Source: Camelus ferus
Lineage: Eukaryota
Assembly: GCF_009834535.1 (NCBI RefSeq)
Contig: NC_045701.1
Location: forward strand, 31,806,001-31,870,000
Length of the DNA: 64,000 nt
Reading direction: 5' to 3'
In this document: piece after piece, positions 13,583 to 26,554 of the stretch
How positions within the stretch are numbered: the stretch's first letter is position 1
Layout of the letters: each line of letters begins with the position of its first letter
Notes under the pieces: generated by a model
What the model was told of the DNA's origin: nothing
What the model saw: the letters and a program-made list of their open reading frames with translations, nothing else
The model's database searches: none
Translations under genes and position numbers: made by a program

Positions 13583-15669
13583 GGTGGCGGAGGCGCGAAC
13601 CACCGCGCTCAAGCTCCTGGGCTGCTCCCAAAGTGTCCCCAGTCGTCTGGACTGCAGGAAGTGCTGGCCTCTTGAGATTCACCTTCCGTCCTCATGGAGC
13701 GTGGTCAGAGGAGCCTGGGCACCTGGTGGTGGGTTCTGTGACGGAGCACGCAGTCCATGGCAGGCCTCCCCTGGGCCTGCAGAGGAGAGGGGCCTTCTCC
13801 GCGCAGATCCTGTGCTCCCCTCGCTCAGCACCTGTGGGGTCGCGCTCACCCCTTCCCCAAAGGGTGGGGCCTACAAAGGTCTTCCCGGGGAACACAGTTT
13901 CAGAGGGTGGAAGGCATTCTTCCTGCCCTCAAACATGGAATCCCCTACCACTCCAAGCTCAGGAACAGAGAGGGGACACAAAAGGGCCCATGGGCATCTG
14001 GAAAGATAAGAAGATTAAGGAAGAAAATGTAGATCTGTGGTCTCCTCTTTGTCCTGGCTGTAATAACACTATTGCATTTTACTGCTTTGACATCATTCCT
14101 TAAGGAGTTCAGAACACTTCACTAGGTTAATCTCATTCCACACAACAGCTCTAGGAAACTCATATTAACCCAGGTGCAGAGAAGAGACATGCCGAGAAGT
14201 TATATATCTTTTTCAAGGTCAGAGGAAGACAGCAGAATCCAGTTATTGCTACTTTCAATCTAGTGTTTATTTTTTTTGAACTGATACCACGTTTTGTTGC
14301 CATAAAGAATCATGATTCTACTCTCTCTATAATTTTCACACAGATGCATTCAGAGGAAAACTCTTAAACAAGGAAAAGGTCAATCAATGCAGCCCCCCAC
14401 CACATTGCCAACCTCACTCTACGATATCAGTAATGCTTGGGGAGTGGGGGATGTGCAGGGAAATAAAAGGAAAAGCTGGATGGGAGAGTGGAGCTGTGGT
14501 GACCAGGGCTGCAGAGCTCCCTACTCTCGTAGTGGTACACCTGGGCCTCCAGCCTTTGCAGAGGAAACTAGCTGTTCTGAATTCTCCAGCTGGTAGCCCA
14601 GAGAAATCACCTCTGGGCCCCCTCATCTCCACTTCTCATGCTGCTTAAGGGAGAGGCAGAGCTGAGCAGGAGTATTTAAGTAGCTCCATGCTGCCACTCC
14701 TGCCACACCACCAGGCCCCCAAAGGAGACACCAGAATATCCATGATAAACTTAACTGCCTCTCGTTTGAGTCACTGTAGTTAAGTAACTGAACTACTCCA
14801 GAAGAAAAAGAAAAAAAAAAAAAAATTGTGGGAGAGTTGGTTTGTACCACTGCAAACACTCCAAGGAACTTCGTATTGTCATTTTCTAAATGACACTTGA
14901 TGACAGAAAAAAGAATCTTTCTGCCTGAACCTCCCTAAGTGACAGAATCTTAAGTATGTTTACAAATTCCTCAAGAGATACATTTCTATCTTACCTTGTA
15001 AATTATATCATAACATCACAATTAAAAAGGAGGAGGAGGTTAGGAAATTTTTATTTTTAGGAAAAATATCAAAAATTTTTTTTTTCCAATCAGCAATCTC
15101 ATTTCAGAAATAGGCAATATCAATGCCTCTGAGGTACTAAACTGTAAATCTGACAATGCATTTTAATTACATTTGGTTATTAAAGAATAGTCTTTAATTT
15201 GCTCTTTCTACCCTTTATATTGAGAAATGCTTTCCTATGCTAGATATTCACTTCTTGTAAGAACTTGACTGAAATCCTTTTACTGCTTCTCTGTCATTAG
15301 CATCACTGGAAGGCACAGCTAAACCTAAAAAACTAAAGGTTAAAGCCAAATTAAAACTAAAGGTTAAAGGAAAGCACAAAGCGAGTCCCAGGTCAGTTTA
15401 CAGATGAATCATTTATATGTCCTTTTCTTTCCTAAAAAAGGGCCTACATGCTCCTGTGGAGTTTTTAATCTTTTTTTTTTTTTTTTTTTTTAACCAACAG
15501 CATGCAAAGAGTTTAATCTAAAACATGAATGTTGTGAGAAAAAGAAAGTTATGTAGATGATAATATACAAATGCTTGCCAGTTGAGTTCAGGATTTGTCA
15601 AATAAGAAATTAAACCTGTAAGTTATATAATATTGTACATGGACTATACTTTAGTTTAAAAAAGGTATT

Positions 15670-15845
15670 TAAGTAAATAAATAATGTATGAAATAAGCTA
15701 CAAGGATATATATTGTACAATACAGGGGATGTACTCAATATTTTATAATAACTATAAATGGAGTATAACCTTTAAAAATTGTGAATCACTATATTGCACT
15801 TGTAACATGTAATACTGTACGTCAAATATACCTCAATAAAAAATA
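15670..15845 (+). mobile_element. L1 3'-end fragment
   Basis: gctacaaggatatatattgtacaatacagggga...tacctcaataaaaaa; boundaries approximate. Confidence 0.7.
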
Positions 15846-16671
15846 CGTTTTAAAGAAATTAAGATACATCAGTTTGGGACCCTGGGTGGGTACACCTTCT
15901 GGGATCTAACTGCTGACCGCTACACTCTTGCCCCCAATAGTTACTCTTTCTTGAAGGAGGCCTTTACCCCTGCCAGTGTTGTGCCTGCCTCGAGCCCTCC
16001 CCTCCCCCTTAAATGGTCTTTCCTAGGTCATCTTTCTAAAACAGCCCTGAACTGGGAGTAAAAAGAAAAAATGGAGTTATCCTGCTTCACCACTTAGGAG
16101 CTGTTCAAACTTGGGGAAATAACTCCCTTTGCTGAGCCCCATTGTTCTCATCTCTGCCTGCTTTGAGTGTTTTTGTGAAGATGATACATAATATATGTAA
16201 GGCACCTACAGAGGGCCGGCACACGGTCAGTGTCCACATGTAGCAGCTGGATGACACTATGATTATTCCTGAAATCTTTTCTGTTCCCATCCTGGACACC
16301 CTCCTGATTTCCTAATCTTGAAAAAAAAAAAAAAAAAAAGCAATGGCTTGAAACAGAATTTGGAGAATTTTCCCCCTAAATGTAGTATCAAGGTTCTAAG
16401 AAACAATTCAAGTCTATCAAGATTTATAGGTACAAAACCTTCTATGATGCAAGTTAGAAGGTAATTGAGAAAACAGAGTATTTGTAAGTTACTTACTATC
16501 ATGACCTGGCTTTAGACTAAGGATAATATTCAATTCTGCTCATTTTTAATGCTAAATATATTTTCACATTTGTGTTCACATAAAGTATCATGATACTACA
16601 CACTCTCTAATTTTGTTCCTCAATTTCTTTCTGCTTTTTGACTTTGTGTATTATCTAACTATATCTATTTT

Positions 16672-16820
16672 ATTTAATTTATTTTTATTTTGGGGGGATT
16701 AGGTTTGTTTGTTTGTTTGTTTGTTTTTATTTTTATTTTTTAATGGAGGCACTGGGGCCTGAACCCAGGACCTCGTGCATGCTAAGCACACACTCTGTCA
16801 CTGAGCAATGCCCTTCCCCC
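16672..16820 (-). mobile_element. Vic-1-like SINE
   Basis: A/B-box head, AAAC/AAAT tail and the 'aaacctaat' element. Confidence 0.85.
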
Positions 16821-17025
16821 TAACTATGTCCATTTTAGAATGTCACATTCAGGGCAACAAATTAAGTGTTTTCTTGAACTAATTTGCCTGTAAAAATCCG
16901 GTAGAGTGCATTGTAGCACAATGGGCACTCATAACTCTTTTTTTGGTTTCTATGGACATTATTGCTGACTTAGTTCCTCTGGCTCCTGCTATAGTCTCCC
17001 ACAGAAGCACTAAGACCCTGAAAAA

Positions 17026-17166
17026 GGGGTAGGGCATAGCTCAAGTGGTAGAGTACAGGCTTGGCATGCACGAGGTCCTGGTTTCAATCTCCAGTACCTC
17101 CTCCAATAAATAAATAAGTAAACCTAATTACCTCCCCCCCAAAAAATAAATAAAATAAATAAATAA
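17026..17166 (+). mobile_element. Vic-1-like SINE
   Basis: GGGGTAGGGCATAGCTCAAGTGGTAGAG...aaacctaattacctcccccc plus A-rich tail. Confidence 0.88.
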
Positions 17167-17831
17167 TTTATTTTTTTTTAAAAGACACTGAAATAAAAGG
17201 CCAAGGAAACTGGGGTCAGCAGGTATTAAAGGAACATGGCACATGATAATATTTACTAACCAGATACTAATTTAAATGCTAGAGAAGTGATTAAAAACAA
17301 AACACTCATTTCATTAGCTACGTATGTCCCCGTTAGAGAAGATGAGCACATTAAAAAAAAAAAGTATTTCTAAAAATTCTCTATATGCAAGGCTATGCTA
17401 AAGGATGAGTCACCGAAATGGATTGCCACCTCTAAGTACCTGAGCGAAAGGAAGACAGAGTCCCTGCACGCAAGGAGCTTACAGTGCGTGTGAGAATGGA
17501 ATGTCTAAAGAACAAAGCAAAACATACACAAGTGCCGAAAAATATGGTACAGACTAAAAAAATCTTGAGGAGTCAGTTCAAAATGATGGAACGATCAAGA
17601 GAAGGAAATCACGGGAGAGGGGGTCTCATCAAAGAAAAGCCTCCAGTTGAGCCTTGAGCAAGGTATAGGATGAACTGCTTGGGTGTTAAGAAGTCATGAC
17701 AAATGAGCGAAGAAGCAAACATTATAGGCATTAACAGGGTTCATGTGAGAGGTCAGAGCAAAAGGGCTGCTATAAAAGGCACGGAAGGCTGACAGAGGAC
17801 TTTGAAAACCACGTTAAGGAAACTCTTAGAG

Positions 17832-18123
17832 CAGGGGTCAGCAAACCTTTCTCTGCAAAGGACTGGATGGTAAATAATTTAGGCTTTGCAGGCCATGTGG
17901 TTTCCGACATAGCTACTCAACTCTAAAGCAGCCATGGACAATATGTAGACAAATGAGTGTGGCTGTGTTCCAATAAAACTTTATTTATGGACACAGAAAT
18001 GTCACAAAATATTACATTTAATAGTTACACTAAAAAATATAAAAGCCATTCTTAGCTCATGGGCCATATAAAAACAGGTGCCAGGCCAGACTTAGCCTAT
18101 GGGCTATAGTTTGCAGACCCCTG
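17832..18123. mobile_element. hAT-Charlie MITE (MER58-like)
   Basis: TIRs CAGGGGTCAGCAAAC / GTTTGCAGACCCCTG (14/15); 8-bp TSD TCTTAGAG / TCTTAGAT. Confidence 0.85.
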
Positions 18124-20859
18124 TCTTAGATACCTAAAGCGGGAAAAGTTAGAGATTAGGAGACTTTCATCCTGGAGAGAGCTGATGAGAATGAGTGTTG
18201 TGGATATGAAGGTTCAACATCCTGGAGGAAGGACTGATAATAATTCTTACTAAATATGGGGGCTAGAGATATTAGTTAAAGACAACCTGAAGAGTACAAA
18301 CCTGAGGGTAAGAAGATGGTACCACTGACAGAATGATAGAAATGAGGAGGCCAAGAGGAGGCACCAGCGTGTTTGAGAGTTTGAGACGATGTGTATTTAT
18401 GTAACATGTTAAGCTTCAAACTGATGGCAGCATCTTTAAATGGAATGTTCTGAAAGTAACTGACTAGGACTGAAAAACAAAAACAAGAGGAAGGTCAGCG
18501 CTGGAATGCAGATTTGGAAACTTTAGCAGGAGGTTATAGTTGAACCTCTGAGAGTGAGTGAGCTCTCCAAGAAGGAAGTACAAAGTCCTTGACAAAGGCC
18601 AAGGACAGCACTTCAAGCCAATTCATAGAAGAGGCTTCATTAAAAGAGAAGAATGGTCAGTGAGGTGGGAGAAAAACAGTGTTACGAAAGCCAAAAAGAA
18701 GGTCCAGAAAGTGGATCTAATCAACTGTGACAAGTACAGCAGAATGGTTAAAAAAGATGAAAATTAAGGAAATACGTTTTATTCATCTGTGATGGTCACT
18801 GGCAATGACCAGACAGGTTTTGGGGGGGGGGGGGGTTGGTAGTGAAAGAAATACCATGCAGTAAATGAAAGAGGAAATGATGGAGAGAAAATGGAAGCAA
18901 TACACGAAATCAAGTTTTCTAGAATTTAATTATGAAAGGGAGGAAATAGGAAGTTGGAAAGGGTTCTAGAGCTTTGGTATATTTTAAAAGCAGAAAGGAA
19001 AAAGGCCAGTGAAAAAGTAAAGGATGAACATATTAGAGGAGGATTTAAGTTTTCTTCCAGCAAGAATCCTCCCAATGTGAGAAGGAAGGAAAGCGAGCTC
19101 TTCCCTAAGACTGCAGAGAAGAAAAAGATGAATGCAGGGGCAAAGATTCATTGACCTGGACAGTGGAAGACAAAGATGTACGCTCTTGAGACACTCTTTT
19201 TACTTTAGAGACAGATTTTCTTCAGTACGAATAAGTCAAATTGATAACAGACCTTTATTATAGATGGCGCTGCATTATTTGTTGTTATAATCGGTTAAAT
19301 TCTTCTTTTCTACCACTCCAGACCTAGCATAATTAATTATTCTTCCTTTTTTCCATCATTCGTTAAGGTTCTAGAGCCTGTTTAAACCTGCCAACATTAT
19401 TAACATAACTAAACTTTATTCTGGTATCTTTTTTACCCCTCAAAATGTATATAACTGTTTAATTTAATATCCATGAGGCAATCCATGGAATGTTGGCAAG
19501 GCAATGGTTAACTGTAGTTAATTATCCAGCCAGTGTCTAGACCATTATTATTAAACATTCATACTGTCAACTTTTGCAATTTCAGATTGCTGATTGATTT
19601 TAAAACCAAGAGTTCGCATTTTTTGTTCAAGAAAGAAAAAAGAAGAATAAACTAAGACTGACCACCATAGAATAACATATATGCCTCCTGCAAAATGCTA
19701 TCAACCTTTAGAATTGAGTGTTAGAAAAAGATCTTCAGTCTTATGATGAGATGCCAACAAAAAAATGACAGCAGCTGTCAAACTTAAGTTTGCGTAAAAT
19801 CTATGCGTTTGGGGTTCATTCAGTATTGGTCTAATTTTAATATGTGTGAAAGGAGCCTAGAAGATGTACTTTTCAATAATTTTGATATTTTCATCATAAA
19901 TATTTAGATAAAGAAGACAGAAAACTCATCTTCTTTAGACAGACAGTTCAGGGTAAGACTGTCCATAATCTTAACTATCCCTTTCCTCCCAAGTCACATG
20001 TATTTTTGTTAGAACTAAATATATCACACTCTTGGCAGCTCCCTTGCTTGCTTCCAACCCATTCTGAGTTTGAATTTTCTGCATGACTGAGTTCACCTCC
20101 AAACTATGAAAAATAAAAGTTTCCTCACTATTTAATAGATGTGTAGGATACAGTATCACTCAGATGATATATGTTTTTATAATAGGCACTTGACTCATTC
20201 AGGGTCATGCGAGCAATGGACTTCTTTAAATGTGATTACTGAAAGCAGAGCAATTCATACCATACTCTTCATTTTAAGAAGTAAAAAAGGAAAATGGCCA
20301 CTTAAAGCTCGTGCTGTGCTGGTCAGCCCTGTGTCTCCACTTGAAGGTGCAAAATGGCTCACCTGCTAGAAGGTCCTCTCAAAAACCTATTTCTATCAGA
20401 AATGAGCTCCTTATCACACATGAGCAGCAAGCAAATACTATAAAACAGTATGAACTATTTAACATTTTCAAAGACTGACCCATCTAAGGATCTACAAAGA
20501 AAATCTAAGACCTTAGGGATCTCAGGGTTTTTAGGGGTAAAAAAAAGAGATGCAGACCCTGACGGCAGAACAAGGTCCTAAGAAAAGGATTCCATGTAAT
20601 CCGAAAATTCCAAGTGTATTTGTATAGAAGTACGCGAATTTTCAAATCAGTGCAGCATCTTGTTTTTTATTTAAAGGTTTAAGGTTTTCATTATACATGT
20701 ACCTGACGTAAAGGACTCTTCCTGCGTTTCTGGAGAAACTGAAAAATGAAAAACTAGCTCCTAAAGCTGTATCATGTGCGCAGCGAGCCTTCGGTAAATG
20801 TTAGCTGATTAAACATTAGTCAGAGATGACAAGGTGGGCACCAGGGAGAGAAGAACCAT

Positions 20860-21450
20860 TTCCGAGGAGACAGTGTGTTTCAGCTACAGGCAGGGCGACC
20901 GCAGCGACGCCAGGGGGGACAGGACGACCCGCCGCTGAGCCTCCCGGTAGACGGTGCCCTGGGGGGGTCCCGGGGAAGGGGTCTCCGCAGAGTGCGGCGA
21001 ACAGCCGACCCGCCTAAGGCGCGCCGGGGATCTCGCTGGGTCACCGCGGGAAGACTACGTGGCCAAGAAAACTCTGAGGACTTGGGCTGAGGATAGTGGG
21101 GTGAGTCCCCGCGGCGGTCCCGCTTTGGCCGCCATACGGTGTCCCACCGCGTGTGCCCGCGCGCCACTCCAGCTGACTCCCCAGCGCCGAAGCGGGTGCG
21201 CAGGCAACTGAGAGAAACGGCGGTGCCCGCCCGTGTACCCCGCCAGCGCGCGCACGCGGGGAGGCCCCGCCCCACCAGTCCCCTCCCTCCCAGTGATTGG
21301 CGGTTGGGCGATGGGGCGGAGTAGGGCCAGGGACGTCATTGGCCACAATCCACAATCACTCAACAAGCCAGGGAAGGGAGGGGCCTCTTCAGGGAGGGAC
21401 ACGACTGCCAGGCTTTTTCAAGGCCGCCAGTCGCCATCTTTAGCTAGCTT
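20860..21450 (-). promoter_or_regulatory. CpG island, probable C14orf93 promoter and non-coding exon 1
   Basis: CpG-rich block upstream of the first coding exon. GC boxes, ATTGG (CCAAT) motifs near 21296 and 21339, YY1-like CGCCATCTT at 21432-21440. TSS not determinable. Confidence 0.7.
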
Positions 21451-22019
21451 TTTTTTCTGTTTTGTTTACTCGCTTTAGTTCTTTGTTGCTCACAAAGCTG
21501 CATGTACTGGGTTATAGGTATAGTGGCCCCAAATCGATCTCATACATTTGGTGGCTTTTGGTTTCTGCTGGCCTTAGTTACAAATCTTTCAGATACCACT
21601 AGCAAGGTAACAGTTGCCCTTAGTTCAAAGAAGTTTTCATCTCTAGGGGTCCCGCGGATTCCCCAGCAAAATCAACCGAGTTTAGCTTTGCTTTGCTTTG
21701 GTAGGAGGGCCAAGGCAACGATGTATTTGGGGGAGGAATTCTCTTACAAAGAAAGAAACTCAAAGCAAGGACGTTGGCTATGAACCTAAATTCCTAGTAA
21801 AAATCAAACAGCCTAGGAAGACAGGGGCTTGGGCTGTGTACTGCTCTATGAAGAGCTCTTTTCCAAGAAGGTAAAAAGTGCATGTGATGACCTGCAGTGA
21901 TTCAGAAAAGAATTAGAAAGAGCGGAACTCCATTAAAAATTCCCAGCACTGTCACCATCACAAAGGTCACGAGACTCTAACTAGATTTCAAAGATACACA
22001 GGTCTAAACTTGTGGAATG

Positions 22020-24170
22020 ATCCACATATGATACAGTATTTATTAAGCACTGTTCTGATTTGTATTGTTAGGGAATAAAACTGCACTGAGTACGGGTAAG
22101 AAATCCAGAGAGCCCACACAGGGCTACCCTTCATTATAGTAAATGTCAAGGCCTGTACAAATAATTTTATCGCTGTTGTTAGGTGTCCTAAATACTACTT
22201 GAAACTGAGTAGGACGCTAGCTGGGGAATGGAAGTGTATTATTCGTCATACAGAGGTTTTGTTGTTATGAAAACTTAACTCTACAGTAGATCTTTTTTAA
22301 AATCCTGGTTGCTGCTTCACTTGTGACATTCCAGTTTCTCCCTCATCACTCCACATACTTCCTATGTTTTCACTCCAATCTGTGAATACAGATTTGAATA
22401 TAAATATTTTCTGAATGACTCCTAATAGGAGACAGTGGTTCTGTAACAAAATGAAATGAGAATACAGCTCCTGTAACAGGAGGCACAGCTCTGAGCTCAT
22501 ACACTTCTCTCTGTGATTCTTAGCATGGGGAGGTTTTTCATTCCAAAAATGCAACATGATAACCAAATCGCATTTCTTATCCCTCTTACATCTTTTTTGC
22601 CTTTGCCTCCTCTTCTCGCACCCCCATCACCACCACCATGAACAGTTTTTGAGAACTGGACCTTACTGGATTATTTTCCTGGTACTTTGCCAGCTGTGGA
22701 ACTTTTCAAACAAATCCCAACCTATAAACGACCATTTTGTCAAAAAGCCAAGAGAGAACTTCCCTTCTGAACACACCAACCAAACTACACATAAAGGCCA
22801 AAATACACACAGCTGTACATTTAAGAACATAAGACAATAAAAAGCAAAACCACTTAGGCAAAACAGTCACTAAAGAAGGCTTTAAACCACAGACTCAATA
22901 AATTGCCTACCCTCATTTGCCAAATGAACTGTATATTCCCTGGCAATTATTTAATTATTCACTAATCTGATACTTTAGAAGAGCAGAAAAATACAGTAAA
23001 TGTACATAGAATCAAAGTGCCTAAGTATTTTTTTTGCATAGGATTTCTTCTAAGTTTTAATCTGCACATGAAATCCTGTATGGACCACATTTGGGAATGC
23101 AACAGAAAAAAAAAACCAAACCACATCTTAGGGGCTATTTTGCACACATAAAAACCAAAGGCAATCGCTTTTGAAAACAAAGTCTGATATGGCACATATA
23201 CACATACTGTACATATACACAAAGCACAAAACCCCAAGATAAATCTTTAAGAAATTATATGCTTCAAGAAACACACGCGCGCGCGCGCACACGCATACAT
23301 ACATACACACACATAATGTCCTCACCAAAAATGTAAGACACACTGTAATAAGGGCTTTGACCACCCCCACCTCCCCGGGGAAATGAGTGTCACAATGATA
23401 ATATCAAAACATTTTTAACCTATTGGCCTTGGACAATTGCCACATTCAAGCCACTTGGTTTTGGCTCTGGGGAGGGTGTGTAAAACGCACGCAAACAGCT
23501 TTATGAGAGAGTCTCAAATCTCCAGCGTCTTTCGACTTTGCCTGTGGCAGAAATTTACATTATCCCTTCAGCCCGCTTAAAAAAAAAAAAAAAGAAATCT
23601 GTACTTCCCAAGAGGCTAAATTTTTTTAAAATCCCTCGACCATAAAAATTTACCAGTTCTTAAAATGTGATAGCAAAAAGAAAAAAATCTCTATAAATTT
23701 GGCNNNNNNNNNNNNNNNNNNNNNNNNNNNNNNNNNNNNNNNNNNNNNNNNNNNNNNNNNNNNNNNNNNNNNNNNNNNNNNNNNNNNNNNNNNNNNNNNN
23801 NNNNNNNNNNNNNNNNNNNNNNNNNNNNNNNNNNNNNNNNNNNNNNNNNNNNNNNNNNNTCTCTATTTTNNNNNNNNNNNNNNNNNNNNNNNNNNNNNNN
23901 NNNNNNNNNNNNNNNNNNNNNNNNNNNNNNNNNNNNNNNNNNNNNNNNNNNNNNNNNNNNNNNNNNNNNNNNNNNNNNNNNNNNNNNNNNNNNNNNNNNN
24001 NNNNNNNNNNNNNNNNNNNNNNNNNNNNNNNNNTGGCCGCCTGCGGCCGCGGGGCGCCCCGCCCGCGAGCACACGCGCGCTGCCCGAGGCGCGGGCCCCT
24101 GGGGGGCCCCTAAGGGCCGCCCGACCCCCGACCCCGGCCCCGGCCAGCTCCGACCTCGGCGGCCCCGCTG
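22020..24170 (-). pseudogene. Possible processed retrocopy of an unidentified mRNA; CDS mostly in N gaps
   Basis: On the - strand: CpG-rich leader ending GCAGGCGGCCA at a gap edge, about 330 nt mostly Ns, then about 1.7 kb of U/GU-rich 3'UTR-like sequence and AATAAA near 22043-22038. No clear A tail or TSD found. Confidence 0.4.
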
Positions 24171-26447
24171 GCACCTATGCCCTTCTCCACCTCTCTCCCC
24201 TTCCTTTCACTTTCTCACCCGCCTCTCCCCATTTCCCATGTTTTTTTCTCAGTGAAACCAGGCCCTAGTTACCAGCACAAATGACAGTCCAGTGAGGAAC
24301 GCCTTCTGACAATTTGCTAAACTTGGTTAACTAGTCAGTAAAACTGTAGACTGGGATTAAGCATCAAGGACTTACATCCCACGCACTGTACTCCTGATCT
24401 CCAGGTAGAATATTTCCGGGTCACGTCTATTACTTGACACTCCCACCTTTAAATGAGCATCATACAAGTATGTGATATCCTTCAGGTGGAAGATAAAGTA
24501 GTGTTACACTTTTGGGGTGGTTTTTTGCCCAACCTTCCTCCCTGATTTTTCCTCTATTTGGCTAACGCTACATTCTCAAGAACAAAAAATGGTCCACCTT
24601 TACCTCCTGCATGAAGACCTGGTTGCTTATACCTGGATTTTAAACTACCCGTAATCTGGTCCGTGGCCCCTGTTTCTACTTAGTTCCCACTGCCCTCACC
24701 TCTTCACCCCCATATTAATCCTTTGTTCAGGTGGTCTCAGCTACCTGGAGTAACGCTGTCTCCTCTTCTCTGACTAGTCAGTTTTTATCCATTCTTCAGC
24801 TGTTTCAGTCAAACATATCACTTCCTACTCTATTCTCCCATTAGAGTGAACTTCATGCTTACTCAGTTCAGCAGCGCTTAACTCTACCTTGATTGGTCCA
24901 CATATTTTAGTAATTCGCTACTAGTAAATTGTTTGAGATCAGACATCATATCTTAAACTTCTTTTTTCCACTCAGGAACTATTTTTTGGATTCTTACTGC
25001 TGCAGCTGGCATTACAGACATTTAGTAAGCACTGAAAAATATCATTTGTAATTAAATGAGTGAATTTTTTTCTAGCAAAGACACGGATTTTGAAACTCAG
25101 ATCCCACAGGAAGAATTTGCCTTCTATAGTAACTAACAGTTCATGAGCACTTACTGTGCAGGGGCTATTGGGAACACTTTACATGTATTTACGTATTTCA
25201 TCTCCACGGTAGAGGATAGGTACTGTCATTATCCTCACTTTGCAGATGGGACTAACGCACAGAGAGTTATAGTCATTTGACTAAGCTTGTACAGCTAGTA
25301 AGAGGTAGACCTGGAGCTTGAACCCAGAAAATCTATCTCTATAACCCAACTTCGTAACCGCTATGTCCCACTGGCTCAGTGGCACAGCTTTAAAACGTAT
25401 TGTTATCTGATTTCATCCTCACAGCCTTCTGTAAGACAAATGGCCTGAACACTTCTAAAATACCAATGTAATGAAGCCACACACAAAGGTGAGAAGACAA
25501 TAAAGAGACTTAATCACTAAATACAAAATATGATCCTTGATTGAATATGGGTCAGGGAAAAAAAACTATAATGGACACTACCAGGATAACTGGGGAAAAC
25601 TGAATATGGTAAATGAAATGTATGAAATTGGATAATGTGACTGCATCAGTCTTAGGCAAGTTATTGGCATCCCCATTTTATAAGATACAGAGATCAGAGA
25701 GAGCTTACTACAAGGTCTCACGGCCAATAAATAGGTGGCTGACCTGGACCCCTAAGCCAGCTGTCTTTTTCAGCCCCCCACATTTCACAGTCACTCAGGC
25801 CTCCTCCATTCACCTTTTGGTTCTCAAAGTCCAGGATGCTCTTGGTAGGATCTGGTTCTCAGCAGAAAGGCTTATTGCCTCCAGTTGTTGTTTTTGCCCT
25901 AGCAGCACCCTGGCTTAGGTGGTAACCCAGGCAACAGCTTTGCTTGTTACATGTAAATAAGGTGAAAGTGTTGATATTCTTAAGGGTTATAGACTTTCTG
26001 TGTTTCCTTTCCCATGTTTTCCATTAATTAAAAACAAAAAAAAACCAAGAAAACAATACAAGCCAGCCAGGAAGTCACTAGGAAAACATTAACTTTTGAT
26101 AGGAACATACTAGGACATCTCTTACCCTCAAGTGAACAGGTGATCATTTTCAGAAATGTTAGAATGAAGGGAAAACAGAATTGTTGATGATTATTATAAT
26201 CAACATTTACTGAAGGTTTACTTGATGCCAGTCAGTCTCTTTCATTTAATCAAGTCCATGAGATAAATACTATTATATTGCTTCTTTTACTAATGACAAA
26301 ACTGAGACTTAGGGAAGGTGGCTTACCTCAAGGTCATGGAGCTCATTAAATGGTAGAGCCAGAACTTGAATCCAGGTCTCCTGACTCCAGAACCTGCACC
26401 CTTGACCATTCATGATTCTCTGCCTAAAGTGAAATCTATTCTGCGTT

Positions 26448-26554
26448 GTGGGTGTAGCTCAGTGGTAGAGCGCACGCTTAGCATGCATGAGGTCCTGGGT
26501 TCAATCCCCAGTGCCTCTATTAAAAAAATAAATAAAATACTGCATTAAAAAAAA
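26448..26554 (+). mobile_element. tRNA-Ala(AGC)-like SINE or retro-tRNA
   Basis: tRNA-like head with a broken acceptor stem; A tail; imperfect TSD aaatctattctgc (26432-26444) / aaatccactctgc (26555-26567). Confidence 0.8.

Noticed and set aside
22556-22840. 94-aa ORF with HHHHH and hydrophobic stretches
   Set aside because: It is antisense to the 3'UTR-like insert, with no splice or homology support.
26448-26520. tRNA-Ala(AGC) gene
   Set aside because: The acceptor stem pairs poorly (GTGGGTG vs TGCCTCT), and it has an A tail and TSD. It is a SINE or retrocopy like seven other copies.
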